This document shows positions 19,664 through 28,974 of a stretch of 64,000 nt of DNA, piece after piece (within the stretch, counting starts at the first letter, position 1; the number at the start of each line of letters is the position of its first letter). Below the pieces are notes generated by a model. It did not search any database and was not told where the DNA came from. It saw only the letters and a list, made by a program, of their open reading frames with translations. Source of the stretch: Vulcanimicrobiota bacterium. GTDB taxonomy: Bacteria; Vulcanimicrobiota; Vulcanimicrobiia; Vulcanimicrobiales; Vulcanimicrobiaceae. The DNA lies in the NCBI GenBank assembly GCA_963820825.1, contig CAWGBN010000006.1:352001-416000 (forward strand), in the 5' to 3' direction. Made by a program: the position numbers and the translations under genes.

Positions 19664-20376
19664 GCGGTCGTCCGAGCCAAGGACCAGCGGCGCTCCAGCG
19701 GCGCAATGATCCAGATCGAGATCTCGTAAAGCGCGTACATCGGCAGCGCGAGCAGCGCCATCGTCAGCGGATTGCCGTCGGGCGCGGCTAGGCCGCCCGC
19801 GATGAAGAAGCCGAAGAGCGCGTGGCGGCGGTAGCGCTTCAAGGAGCTCGCGTTGACGATTCCGAGCCGGGCCAAACCGATCAGCACGATCGGCGTTTGG
19901 AAGATGATCGCGAAGAGCGCGAGCAGAATCATCACGAAGTTGAGCGTCGACGCGACCCCGAAGGTTGGGGTGGCAACCGCATCGGTGATGTGCAGCAGGG
20001 CGGTGACGACGCGCGGGATCACGACGAAGTGCGCGAAGGCCAGTCCAACCGCAGCGAGCAGCAGCGACGGAACGATAAACGAGTAGACCATTCTTCGCGT
20101 GCGCGGGTGAATCGCAGGCACGACGAAGAGCCAGAGCTGCTGCATGAGCACCGGCAATCCGATGACAATTCCGCCGATGACCGAGAACTTGAACTCGGTG
20201 AAGATGACGTCGGCGGGACCGAACGCGTGCAGCTCGATGCCGTGGAAGTACTCGTTCATCATCCAGCGGATGACGAACTGCGACGGCCAGAAGAGAACGA
20301 CGGCGATAACCCCGACGGTCGCCATCGAGATCAGGAGACGGTTGCGGAGCTCCCGCAGGTGCTCCGTAAAGGGCAT
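19660..20376 (-). CDS. tatC: Twin-arginine translocase subunit TatC
   Basis: MPFTEHLRELRNRL, QLWLFVVPA, FQTP, APDGNPLTM...LYE. Confidence 0.93.
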   Translation of the reverse strand: MPFTEHLRELRNRLLISMATVGVIAVVLFWPSQFVIRWMMNEYFHGIELHAFGPADVIFTEFKFSVIGGIVIGLPVLMQQLWLFVVPAIHPRTRRMVYSFIVPSLLLAAVGLAFAHFVVIPRVVTALLHITDAVATPTFGVASTLNFVMILLALFAIIFQTPIVLIGLARLGIVNASSLKRYRRHALFGFFIAGGLAAPDGNPLTMALLALPMYALYEISIWIIAPLERRWSLARTTA

Positions 20377-20400
20377 CTCCTTTTGATCCCATTGCGCGTC

Positions 20401-20438
20401 CCCTTCGACTCGCGCTGCGCGCTCGCTCAGGATGACAC
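20401..20438. repeat. REP-like palindromic element, long form
   Basis: CCCTTCGACTC-GCGCTGCGCGC-TCGCTCAGGATGACAC; arms match the copies at 46200-46253 and 44315-44340. Confidence 0.7.
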
Positions 20439-20449
20439 GACTCCTAGTG

Positions 20450-20752
20450 CTACGAGCTTTGGGTTCCGTGGCCGGGCGTCGGCGGCGGGACGGATTCGCC
20501 CGAGATCGATCCGGCCTCTACGTTATTCATGATGTCGGCGCGCTGCGAGGCGGCGCGTTGACGCGCTTCCTCGCGCGCTCTCTCGGCCGCTTCGTCCGCC
20601 TCGGCTTGCCCGACGAGGAACTCTTTTTTTGCCTGCCCGGCGCTGCGCGCCAGTTTGGGCAGTTTGTCCGCTCCGAAGAGCAGCGCGCCGACGACGAGGA
20701 TTCCGATGATGATCGGGGCGTCGATGAGTGCGAGAAGCGGATGAATGTTCAT
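20450..20752 (-). CDS. tatA: Twin-arginine translocase TatA/E subunit
   Basis: TM helix followed by LLFGADKLPKLARSAGQAKKEF. Confidence 0.9.
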   Translation of the reverse strand: MNIHPLLALIDAPIIIGILVVGALLFGADKLPKLARSAGQAKKEFLVGQAEADEAAERAREEARQRAASQRADIMNNVEAGSISGESVPPPTPGHGTQSS

Positions 20753-21711
20753 GATTCGAGGGCCTCCGTGAGTTTCAGTAGTGCGCTCTTCGCCGTGCCC
20801 GGCGCAATCGGCTTCAAAGCGCTCTTGGCCCGCTCGACGAAACGGGCGATCTGCTCGCGCGTCGCGGCCAAGCCGCCCGCGCGCTCGATCCCGTCGACGA
20901 TGGCGGGGATCGCCTCGTTCGATCCGCCGTCGTAGAAGCGGCGAACCTCCGCGCGAAAGGTGCCGTTGCCCGAGGCGAGCGCCGCGATCAATGGAATCGT
21001 AATCTTGCGCTCGGTGAGATCGTTACCGGCCGGTTTGCCGAGCGAGCGTTCGTCGGCGGTCATGTCGAGCAGATCGTCCTTCATTTGAAACGCGATCCCG
21101 AACGATTCGCCGAACTCGTGCAAGGCCGCGACTTCCTCCGGCGAGCCCCCGCCCATGATCGCGCCGCATTGCGCCGAGGCCGCAAAGAGCGAGGCCGTCT
21201 TCTTCCGCGCGATCTCGACGTAGGCTTCGAACGGCAGGTCGAGGTTGCCGAGCGCTTGGAGCTGGAGCACTTCGCCGTCGCAGATATCGGCGAGCGTTGC
21301 CGAGAGCACGTTCGGAATGGGGTGCGGATAGTTCGACGTGACGTTCTTGAAGATCCACGCGAAGAGGTAGTCGCCGGCGAGGACGCTGACCCGATTGCCG
21401 TAATCGACCGCGGTCGCGTTCACGCCGCGCCGCGTGCTCGCGTTGTCGACGACGTCGTCGTGAACGAGCGTCGCCACGTGAATGAGCTCCATGTACGCGG
21501 CGAGATGGAGATGCTCGACCGCATTCCCGCCGCAGGATTCGGCGGCGAGCAGCGTGATGCGCGGGCGCAGCCGTTTTCCGCCGGCGGCCAGCATCCGTTT
21601 GATAGCCTCGGTGATGATCGGATTATCGGTCGAGAAAGTGGCCCGGAAGAACTCCTCGACGAGCGCGTGGAGATCGGTGCCCGTCGCGCGCGGAGAATCG
21701 GTGGTGCTCAC
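20749..21711 (-). CDS. Polyprenyl diphosphate synthase (HepT/IspB-like)
   Basis: GGKRLRP, VHDDVVD, RRG, KKTASLF, FQMKDDLLD. Confidence 0.92.
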   Translation of the reverse strand: MSTTDSPRATGTDLHALVEEFFRATFSTDNPIITEAIKRMLAAGGKRLRPRITLLAAESCGGNAVEHLHLAAYMELIHVATLVHDDVVDNASTRRGVNATAVDYGNRVSVLAGDYLFAWIFKNVTSNYPHPIPNVLSATLADICDGEVLQLQALGNLDLPFEAYVEIARKKTASLFAASAQCGAIMGGGSPEEVAALHEFGESFGIAFQMKDDLLDMTADERSLGKPAGNDLTERKITIPLIAALASGNGTFRAEVRRFYDGGSNEAIPAIVDGIERAGGLAATREQIARFVERAKSALKPIAPGTAKSALLKLTEALES

Positions 21712-22436
21712 GCCTTCGTTCCGAAGTGAATGGCGATCGCTCCGCCCATCAGCGGCACGTAACCGGCGCGCTCGAAGCCGGCTCGCGTGAAGGCGTCGCG
21801 CAGCTCGGGTGCCTTCGGATGGTGCGTCAGCGAGTTTGGCAAGTAACTATACGCGCTGCGCGATCCGCCGACGATTCCACCGACGAACGGAACGATGCCA
21901 TAGAAGTAGAGATCGAAGAGGCGTTTGAAGGTGCGATTCGGCGCCTTCGTTACGTCGAGGCTTACGAATCGAGCGCCCGGCTCGAGCACGCGCAGAATCT
22001 CACGCAGCGTCGCATCGATGTCGACGACGTTGCGCAATGAGAAGCCCATCGTCGCTCCGTCGAAGCTATTATCTTCGAACGGCATCGCCATGACGTCGCC
22101 CTCGACGAAACGAGCGCCGTGCCGGCCGGCGCGCTCGGAGCGCTCGCGGGCGCGCTCGAGCATCGGACGGCAAAAGTCGATGCCGGTCACCTCGAGCTTC
22201 GAGTCGCTGCGAAGCAGGCCGAAGACGAGGTCGCCCGTCCCGCAGCAGCAGTCGAGTACTCGGCCTCCGCGCGGCGGAGCGAGCAGACGGATCGCTCGCC
22301 GCCGCCAGCGCTCGTCGAGCCCCATCGTCAGCAGGCGATTGGCCAGATCGTAGCGCGGAGCGATGCGCGCGAACATCTCGCGCACGAAGGCGCCTTTCTC
22401 GCCGCCGGCGCGGCTGGGCATGGGAGCCGAAGTCAT
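21708..22436 (-). CDS. menG: Demethylmenaquinone/ubiquinone methyltransferase (MenG/UbiE)
   Basis: VREMFARIAPRYDLANR, LDCCCGTGD, GFSLRNV, YSYLPNS. Confidence 0.88.
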   Translation of the reverse strand: MTSAPMPSRAGGEKGAFVREMFARIAPRYDLANRLLTMGLDERWRRRAIRLLAPPRGGRVLDCCCGTGDLVFGLLRSDSKLEVTGIDFCRPMLERARERSERAGRHGARFVEGDVMAMPFEDNSFDGATMGFSLRNVVDIDATLREILRVLEPGARFVSLDVTKAPNRTFKRLFDLYFYGIVPFVGGIVGGSRSAYSYLPNSLTHHPKAPELRDAFTRAGFERAGYVPLMGGAIAIHFGTKA

Positions 22437-22516
22437 GGTGCTCGCCTGGCTTCCAAATCGCCCGCCGCATTCCCCTGGGAAACGCTCGCGCTCTAGTCGT
22501 CGCCTGCCTCGTCGTG

Positions 22517-23335
22517 ATGGCAAGCGCGATGCTCGCGCTTACCACGACCGATGCGATGATCGCTCGGCTAACCGGCGCCGAAAACGTTGCGGTCGAGGCG
22601 TACACGCTTCGCGGCTCGATCGTGCGAGCGCTCGAGGATGCCGCACGTCAAGGGACGCATGTTGCGGTCGAGCTCGAAGGATGCCCCTACCACGACCGCA
22701 GCGGCGCGCTGCGCGACCACAACGCGAAGGTCGTTGCCGAACTGCGCGAAGCGGGTGCCGTCGCGTCGCTTCACAACGGGCTTCACGCCAAAGCGATCGC
22801 CGTCGACGGTGCCCTCTACTTAGACGAAAGGAACTGGAATCGCGACGACGTCGTCCTGCGCGACGACGAGCGCGCCGAATGGGCGTCGATACCCTCGACC
22901 AAGGCGACGGCGCTCGCACAGGAAGCGCGCCTTCTCGCCCACGCCCGCGCAGACGACGGCGTCATCGTGGAGAGCGAGTCGTTCGGAACCGGTAATGCGG
23001 TCTATGCCGCGTTGAAGTCGCTCGGCTGTGCCGGGGCGGCTCCGCGGCTGCTCGTCGCCGAGCGCGACTTGCGCGGCGCACCGCGCGAGCGCGCAGCGCT
23101 CGAAACGCTCGCTCGCAGCGGCGTTCAAGTTCGCCTCTGTGCCGATTCGACGAAGGCCGCGGTTTCCGGCGGCAACGTCTGGCTCGGATCGGCGAACGCC
23201 ACCTACTGCGAGGGGCGCTGGAACATGACCGATTGGGGCGTTTGCACCGGCGATCGTGCGATCGCGGGCGCGGTCCGCGCGCGGATCGAAGCGCAGTGGC
23301 TCGGCGCGAAAGCGTTCAGATGCGCAAAAGCGTAG
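22517..23335 (+). CDS. Phospholipase D/nuclease-superfamily protein
   Basis: LHAKAIAVDG (HxKxxxxD) and a degenerate second motif STKAAVSG..WLGSAN. Confidence 0.65.
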   Translation: MASAMLALTTTDAMIARLTGAENVAVEAYTLRGSIVRALEDAARQGTHVAVELEGCPYHDRSGALRDHNAKVVAELREAGAVASLHNGLHAKAIAVDGALYLDERNWNRDDVVLRDDERAEWASIPSTKATALAQEARLLAHARADDGVIVESESFGTGNAVYAALKSLGCAGAAPRLLVAERDLRGAPRERAALETLARSGVQVRLCADSTKAAVSGGNVWLGSANATYCEGRWNMTDWGVCTGDRAIAGAVRARIEAQWLGAKAFRCAKA

Positions 23336-24077
23336 CCGCGTTCGCATCGGTCGTTGCGACCAGCTCGTCGAGCGGCATCCCCAGCACCTCACTCAGTCTT
23401 GCAGCCGTATGCGTGACGAATGCCGGCTCGTTGCGTTTACCGCGCATCGGTACCGGCGCGAGATAGGGGCAGTCGGTCTCGAGCACGAGATGCTCTGCGC
23501 CCACCGCGGCGACCGCTTCGCGGAGCGCGTGCGCGTTGGGAAAGGTGAGTACGCCGCCGATTCCGAGAACGAGGCCGAACTCGTCGACGAAGGCGCGCGC
23601 CTCCTTTGACGTTCCGGTAAAGCAATGCACGACGCCGCGCATCCCCGCCGCCCATTCGTCGCGTAGGATTGCGCAGAAGTCGTCGACCGCGTCGCGCTGG
23701 TGGAAGACGACCGGCAAGCCGGTCTCGCGCGCCAGGCGAATCTGCGCGCGCAACACCTCGGCCTGGCGGTCGCGCGGGCTATGGTCGTAGTAGTAGTCGA
23801 GCCCGGTCTCGCCGATCGCGACGACGCCCGGAAGCTCGAGCAATTCGCGTAGGCCGCCGGCGATGTCGAGTGGCGCGTTCTTCGCTTCGTGCGGGTGGAT
23901 GCCGACCGCGGCGGCGAGTCCGTAGCGTTGGGCAACCGCGATCGCCTCGCGGCTATCTTCGATATTTTCGCCGATCGTGACCATCGCCGAAATGCCGGCC
24001 TCGCGCGCGCGGGCGATCACCTCGTCGCGATCGGCGTCGAACTTTCGATCGTGAACGTGAGAGTGCGTGTCGATCAC
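23316..24077 (-). CDS. tatD: TatD family hydrolase
   Basis: IDTHSH, VGIHPH, IGETGLDY, HCFTG, ETDCPYLAP..RGKRNEP. Confidence 0.92.
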   Translation of the reverse strand: MIDTHSHVHDRKFDADRDEVIARAREAGISAMVTIGENIEDSREAIAVAQRYGLAAAVGIHPHEAKNAPLDIAGGLRELLELPGVVAIGETGLDYYYDHSPRDRQAEVLRAQIRLARETGLPVVFHQRDAVDDFCAILRDEWAAGMRGVVHCFTGTSKEARAFVDEFGLVLGIGGVLTFPNAHALREAVAAVGAEHLVLETDCPYLAPVPMRGKRNEPAFVTHTAARLSEVLGMPLDELVATTDANAATLLRI

Positions 24078-25600
24078 GGCGCGGAGAGGTCGAGTTCGAT
24101 CTTGGGAAAGAGTGGCGCGGCGAGTTCCGTTTGGGTGATCGGCGGAAGTCCTCCCCAGACGCGCAGCGACGACGACCAATCCTCATCGATGCGGCCTGGC
24201 GCGCCGAGCTGCTGCCACATCTCGCTCATCCGTTCCGGCATCACCGGATGGAGCAGAATCGCCAGCCAGCGCAGACCCTCGCAGAGATCGTAGAGCACCG
24301 CGTCGAGTTCGTCGCTCCGCCCGGCTTTGTGGAGTTCCCACGGCCTGCGTTCGTCGATCGTCTGATTGAGCGCGGTGACGAGTTCCCAAATTGCTTCGAG
24401 CGCATCGCGAAAGCGCAGATCGAGGATGCGCTCGCGCGCGACGACGGGAAGGGGCGCGAAGCGGCGCGCAAGCTCGCTTTCGGCGTTGCGTCCGTCGGGG
24501 ACGATGCCGTCGCGGTACCGCTTGAGCATCGAAAGGGTGCGCTGCAAGAGATTGCCGAGATCGTTGGCGAGATCGCTGTTGCGGCGCTGCGCGATCTTCT
24601 CTTCCGAGTACGAGAAGTCGCTCCCGAACGGCGCCTCACGCAAGAGGAAGTAGCGAACGGCGTCGGGGCCGTAGCTCTGCGCGAGTGCGAATGCGTCGGT
24701 CGCGTTGCCGAGGCTCTTGCCCATCTTCTGCCCATCGACCGTGATCCAGCCGTGTGCGAAGACCAGCTCCGGCGGTTCCTCGCCGAGTGCCCAGAGAATT
24801 GCAGGCCAGATGATCGTGTGAAAGCGCGCGATCTCCTTGCCGACGAGCTGCGTCTGCGCCGGCCAGTACTTGCGGAATCGCGCTTCGTCCTCGCTCCACC
24901 CGATCGCGGTGATGTAGTTGAGCAGGGCGTCGAGCCAAACGTAGATGACGCCGCCGCCCGGAATCGGTATACCCCAATCGAAGCTCGTGCGCGAGACGGA
25001 GAGATCCTCGAGGCCCTCGCGCAGGATCGACATCATCTCATTGTAGACGCTCCGCGGCTGCACCCATTGCGGCCGGCGTTCGAAGTGTTCGATCAGCCGG
25101 TCGCGGTAGGCCGAGAGGCGGAAGAACCAATCCTCTTCGGATATCCATTGCACTTCGCGCCCGCAGGTGGGGCAGCGGCCGTCGACAAGCTTCGATTCGA
25201 GCCAAAACGTCTCGTCGCTGACGCAGTACCAGCCTTCGTACTTGCCGAGATAGACGTCGCCGCGCTCGCGCAGCCGCTCGAAGACCCGCTGCACCTTCTC
25301 CACGTGGCGCGGTTCCGTCGTACGAATGAAATCGTCGTACGCCACGTGATACGCGGCAAAGAGCGACTTCCAGCGGGGGACCAGCTCGTCGCACCACTCT
25401 TGCGGCGTCTTGCCGGCAGCGGCGGCGGCGTTGGCGACTTTTTGACCGTGCTCGTCGGTTCCGGTTAGAAAGAAGGTTGGACGAAACGTGCGCGCGGTGC
25501 GCGCGAGCACGTCGGCGACGATCGTCGTATAGGCGTGGCCGATATGCGGATTGCCGCTAATATAGTAGATCGGCGTCGTGACGTAATAGGCGCGCTCCAT
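24074..25600 (-). CDS. metG: Methionyl-tRNA synthetase (short form)
   Basis: TTPIYY...PHIGHAY, TGTDEHGQK, YVWLDAL, KMGKS. Confidence 0.95.
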   Translation of the reverse strand: MERAYYVTTPIYYISGNPHIGHAYTTIVADVLARTARTFRPTFFLTGTDEHGQKVANAAAAAGKTPQEWCDELVPRWKSLFAAYHVAYDDFIRTTEPRHVEKVQRVFERLRERGDVYLGKYEGWYCVSDETFWLESKLVDGRCPTCGREVQWISEEDWFFRLSAYRDRLIEHFERRPQWVQPRSVYNEMMSILREGLEDLSVSRTSFDWGIPIPGGGVIYVWLDALLNYITAIGWSEDEARFRKYWPAQTQLVGKEIARFHTIIWPAILWALGEEPPELVFAHGWITVDGQKMGKSLGNATDAFALAQSYGPDAVRYFLLREAPFGSDFSYSEEKIAQRRNSDLANDLGNLLQRTLSMLKRYRDGIVPDGRNAESELARRFAPLPVVARERILDLRFRDALEAIWELVTALNQTIDERRPWELHKAGRSDELDAVLYDLCEGLRWLAILLHPVMPERMSEMWQQLGAPGRIDEDWSSSLRVWGGLPPITQTELAAPLFPKIELDLSAP

Positions 25601-25605
25601 TTGAT

Positions 25606-26457
25606 CTACCGTTCTTTAATCGAGGTTTTCCGGCGCGCCTTCCGTGCCGTCGCGCGGGCGTAGAGCTCGTTGCGTTCGCCCAGCCCACGCGCGGCGAGCA
25701 GTTTTGCAATCTCACCGACCCGGCGCCCCTCCTCCAGCATCGTATCGATCGCATCGGTCGTCGCCGCGGCCGGGGTCGCCGGCTCGGCTACGACCGCATA
25801 GGGTGCGACCGCAAATGAGACCTCGCCGCGCACGGGCTCGGCGAGCCGGTCGATCACCTGCTGCGGCGTTCCCGACAACTGCTGCTCGTGGCGCTTCGTG
25901 TACTCGCGGACGAGGAAGAGCTGCGAATCGGGCGCGACGGCGGCGAGATCGGCGAGCGTCGCGCGGATGCGCTGCGGCGATTCGTACCAGATCGTGGTCG
26001 TCTCGGCGCGCAGCGCGCGAGCGAAGCATTCGCGCCGCGCCGGCCGCGTTCGCGGTGGAAAGCCTTCGAACGTAAATCGCCGCAGCGGAAACCCGGAAAG
26101 CAGCGCGACCCCAGTTGCCGCGCTCGGTCCGGGGAGAACCTCGACGGCGACGCCCTCGGCGCGGGCGGCGGCGATCAGCTCGCTTCCGGGATCGGAGATG
26201 CCGGGCATGCCGGCATCGCACGTTACCGCCACCAGCCCATCGCGGGCTCGCGCCAGGATCGCCGGCGTCGCCCGGCGGGCGTTCGATTCGCGATAGCTCC
26301 AGATCTCGCGCCCGGCGATGCCGAGCCCGCCGAGCAACTTTCGCGCGACCCGCGTATCTTCGGCGACGATCAGCTCGGCGTCGCGAAGCGCATCCAAGGC
26401 GCGCAGCGTTACGTCGCGCAGGTTGCCCAGCGGCGTCGCTACGAAGACCAGCGGCAT
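25606..26457 (-). CDS. rsmI: 16S rRNA C1402 2'-O-methyltransferase
   Basis: VATPLGNLRD, AEDTR, DAGMPGISDPG, PGPSA, FEGF, YESP. Confidence 0.92.
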   Translation of the reverse strand: MPLVFVATPLGNLRDVTLRALDALRDAELIVAEDTRVARKLLGGLGIAGREIWSYRESNARRATPAILARARDGLVAVTCDAGMPGISDPGSELIAAARAEGVAVEVLPGPSAATGVALLSGFPLRRFTFEGFPPRTRPARRECFARALRAETTTIWYESPQRIRATLADLAAVAPDSQLFLVREYTKRHEQQLSGTPQQVIDRLAEPVRGEVSFAVAPYAVVAEPATPAAATTDAIDTMLEEGRRVGEIAKLLAARGLGERNELYARATARKARRKTSIKER

Positions 26458-26728
26458 GGCACGCAGCTTCGACGTCGAGCACATACCTCCGGGGGCAAAG
26501 CTCGAGCTTTTCATCTCACCGAGCTGTCCGTACTGCCGGCGCGCGATGGCGTACTACGACGCCAAAGGCACCGCATATACGCAATACGACGCGCAGAACG
26601 ATCGCGGCGCGCGCGAGCGAATGTTCGCCTTTAGCGGCGGCGACCCGACGGTCCCGGCAATAATCGTCGACGGCGTCTACGTTCAATCGGGATGGGGTTC
26701 GCCGCCGCAGGGTTGAACGGTTCACTAA
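26456..26728 (+). CDS. Glutaredoxin-like protein, probable selenoprotein (UGA at 26714-26716 read as Sec; otherwise ends at 26716)
   Basis: SPSCPYC and TVPAI motifs; C-terminus GWGSPPQG-TGA-T-V-H-TAA. Confidence 0.75.
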
Positions 26729-26744
26729 CGTGCCGGTCGGCGCG
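26729..26744 (+). promoter_or_regulatory. Putative bacterial SECIS hairpin
   Basis: CGTGCC-GGTC-GGCGCG stem-loop starting 12 nt after the in-frame UGA; apical loop begins with G. Confidence 0.55.
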
Positions 26745-26763
26745 ACGGAGTGAATACCACCGC

Positions 26764-26792
26764 AAGCAGCGAAGAGGCTCCTCGTTGCTTTT
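26764..26792 (+). terminator. Possible intrinsic terminator after the glutaredoxin gene
   Basis: AAGCAGCGA...TCGTTGCTT hairpin ending in TTTT. Confidence 0.35.
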
Positions 26793-26809
26793 CAAGCGGA
26801 GGTTCGAGA

Positions 26810-27115
26810 ATGGATCGTAGTTCGGCTGCCGCGGCGAGCGCTATCGCCGCGTTCGCCTTCGTTTACATCATCGTGATTTGCGCGCTCGTTGCGTTCACGA
26901 TTTGGGTCTATTGGCGAATCTTCGCCAAAGCGGGTTACAACGGTGCGCTCTCGCTGCTCAACTTCATACCGGGAGTCGGTCCGCTGATCTGCGTGATCAT
27001 CTTGGCGTTCGGGCGCTGGCCGATCGAAGACCAGCTCGCCGCGCTGCAAGGCGGGGCGGTGCCGCCGCCCGCGCCGCCGGCGGCTCCCCCGGGCACCTCC
27101 GTTATGACCACGTAG
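26810..27115 (+). CDS. Small membrane protein with Pro-rich tail
   Basis: GGAGG RBS; YWRIFAKAG...LLNFIP...LAFGRWP, two TM segments. Confidence 0.75.
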   Translation: MDRSSAAAASAIAAFAFVYIIVICALVAFTIWVYWRIFAKAGYNGALSLLNFIPGVGPLICVIILAFGRWPIEDQLAALQGGAVPPPAPPAAPPGTSVMTT

Positions 27116-27118
27116 GAG

Positions 27119-28562
27119 TCAGCGCTTCCAGACTTCGGCGATCCACGCTTCGACGTCGCCGGTCTGCGACGGCAGGCTCGCGGAGAGATTCTCCGGGCCC
27201 GCTTTCGTAACGGCGATGTCGTCTTCGATGCGCACGCCGATGCCGCGGAATGCCTCGGGTACGGTCCCGTCGTCGGGCTGGAAGTAGCAACCCGGCTCGA
27301 CGGTTAGCACCATCCCTTCGCGCAGCTTTGCCGTAACGGTACTCTTGCGTGCGCGCCCGCGCGCAATCGTGCACGTCGAGCCCGAGCATGTGGCTGACGC
27401 CGTGAAGCGTGTAGCGGCGATGGAGCAGCCGGTCCGGGTCGATCGCTTCCTCGAGCGACGTCTTGAGAATACCCAACCCGATCAGCCCTTCGGCGAGCAC
27501 GCGCGTCGCGCGCCGGTGCGGTTCGAGGAAGTCGTTGCCGACGACGGCCGCTTCGATCCCGGCCTGCTGCGCCTCCCAGACCAGCTCGTAGATCGTGCGC
27601 TGTTCGGGAGAGAAGCGACCCGAGACCGGCAGTGTTCGCGTGATGTCCGCGGTGTAGAGCGAGTCGCACTCGACGCCTGCATCGAGCAGCAGGAGCTCGC
27701 CTTGGCGTAACGCGCCGTCGTTATGCGTCCAGTGCAGCGTGCAGGCGTGTTCGCCCGCGGCCGCGATGGTGAGATAGCCGACGTCGTTGGCTTCGATGCG
27801 AGCGCGTCCCCAGAAGGCCGCCTCGATTTCGCGTTCGCTCTTGCCGGTGCGCATCGCGCGGATCGCGTCTTCGAAGGCGCGCTTCGAGATCGCGCACGCT
27901 TTGCGAAGCTCGTCGAGCTCGTAGTCGTCTTTGATCAGCCGCATCTCCGAGAGATGCTCGGCGAGCTCGGCGTCGCCGTCGCCCTCCTCAAAACGGCGAT
28001 CGACGTCGTCGTCGTGACTGCGCAACACGCGGACCGGATACTTCGCGTCGCGCAGCTCCTGCAGATACTCCGGAATCGCTTGGATTGCGCGGCAATCGTC
28101 GATACCGTAATAATCGCGGCTCTCCTCGACGCCGCGGTGCCGGCCAACCCATAACTCGCCGTAGACGCGGTCGGTAAAGAACTCGGACGTTCCGCGATTA
28201 TGCGCCGCAACGAAGAGCACGGGGCGATGACCCGCACCCTGCGGCTCGAGCACCAGCACCGAGGCCGGCTCGCCGTTGCCGGCGAGATACGCAAAATCGC
28301 TCGACGCACGAAAACGGAAGGACGTGTCGTTGGCGCGCACCCGCTCGCGGCCGGCCGGGATGACCAGATACGTTCCGGGATAGGCCCTGCTCAGCGCATC
28401 TCGCCGCTGCGCGAACCGCTCGGCTTCCGGATGCGCCCTTCGGGCAGCGGGGCGATCGATCCAGTCGCGCGCCATGAACTCGACGAGCGGCCGCGGCGGC
28501 ACGAAGTCGTAGCTGGTCCTCGACGGGTCCTGCGGTATGGGGGCGTTTCGTTCGGCAGACAT
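27119..28562 (-). CDS. pepP: Xaa-Pro aminopeptidase (apparent +1 frameshift at ~27328)
   Basis: FRASSDFAYL, LLDAGVE, ADITRT, HMLGLDVHD; GMVLTVEPG...GVRIEDD lies in the adjacent frame after an extra A in GGCAAAGCTG. Confidence 0.88.
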
Positions 28563-28597
28563 GGTTTGCGCAAGATTCGCTGAAGCGACGACGGGTC

Positions 28598-28969
28598 ATG
28601 CCGGAGAACCCGCTTCGCGCCACCGACACGCTTGCCAACGAACGCACCTACCTGGCGTATATCCGGACGGCCCTTGCTTTTATCGCCTTCGGTTTCGTCA
28701 TCGCGCGTTTCTCGCTCTTTGCCCGCGAGTTTTCGATTTTGATCCACAGCGCCAATCCCGAGCCGGGGCTTTCGGTGACGTTCGGAACGGCGATGGCCCT
28801 ATTCGGCATCATCGTGGCGCTGCTCGGGGCATGGCGCTACGCGCGCACCGACCGCGGACTGCGCGAAGGTCGAATCGTGACGCTGCCGGGGCTAACCGGC
28901 TACATCATCTCGCTCTTCGTCGTTGCGATCGGCGCCGTCGTCGCATTCGCACTCATCTCGTATCGCTGA
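28598..28969 (+). CDS. DUF202 / YidH family membrane protein
   Basis: LANERTYLAYIRT motif and three TM segments. Confidence 0.9.
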   Translation: MPENPLRATDTLANERTYLAYIRTALAFIAFGFVIARFSLFAREFSILIHSANPEPGLSVTFGTAMALFGIIVALLGAWRYARTDRGLREGRIVTLPGLTGYIISLFVVAIGAVVAFALISYR

Positions 28970-28974
28970 CGCCG

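Noticed and set aside
27320..27335. Programmed frameshift in pepP
   Set aside because: No slippery heptamer; a single extra A in a short homopolymer fits sequencing error
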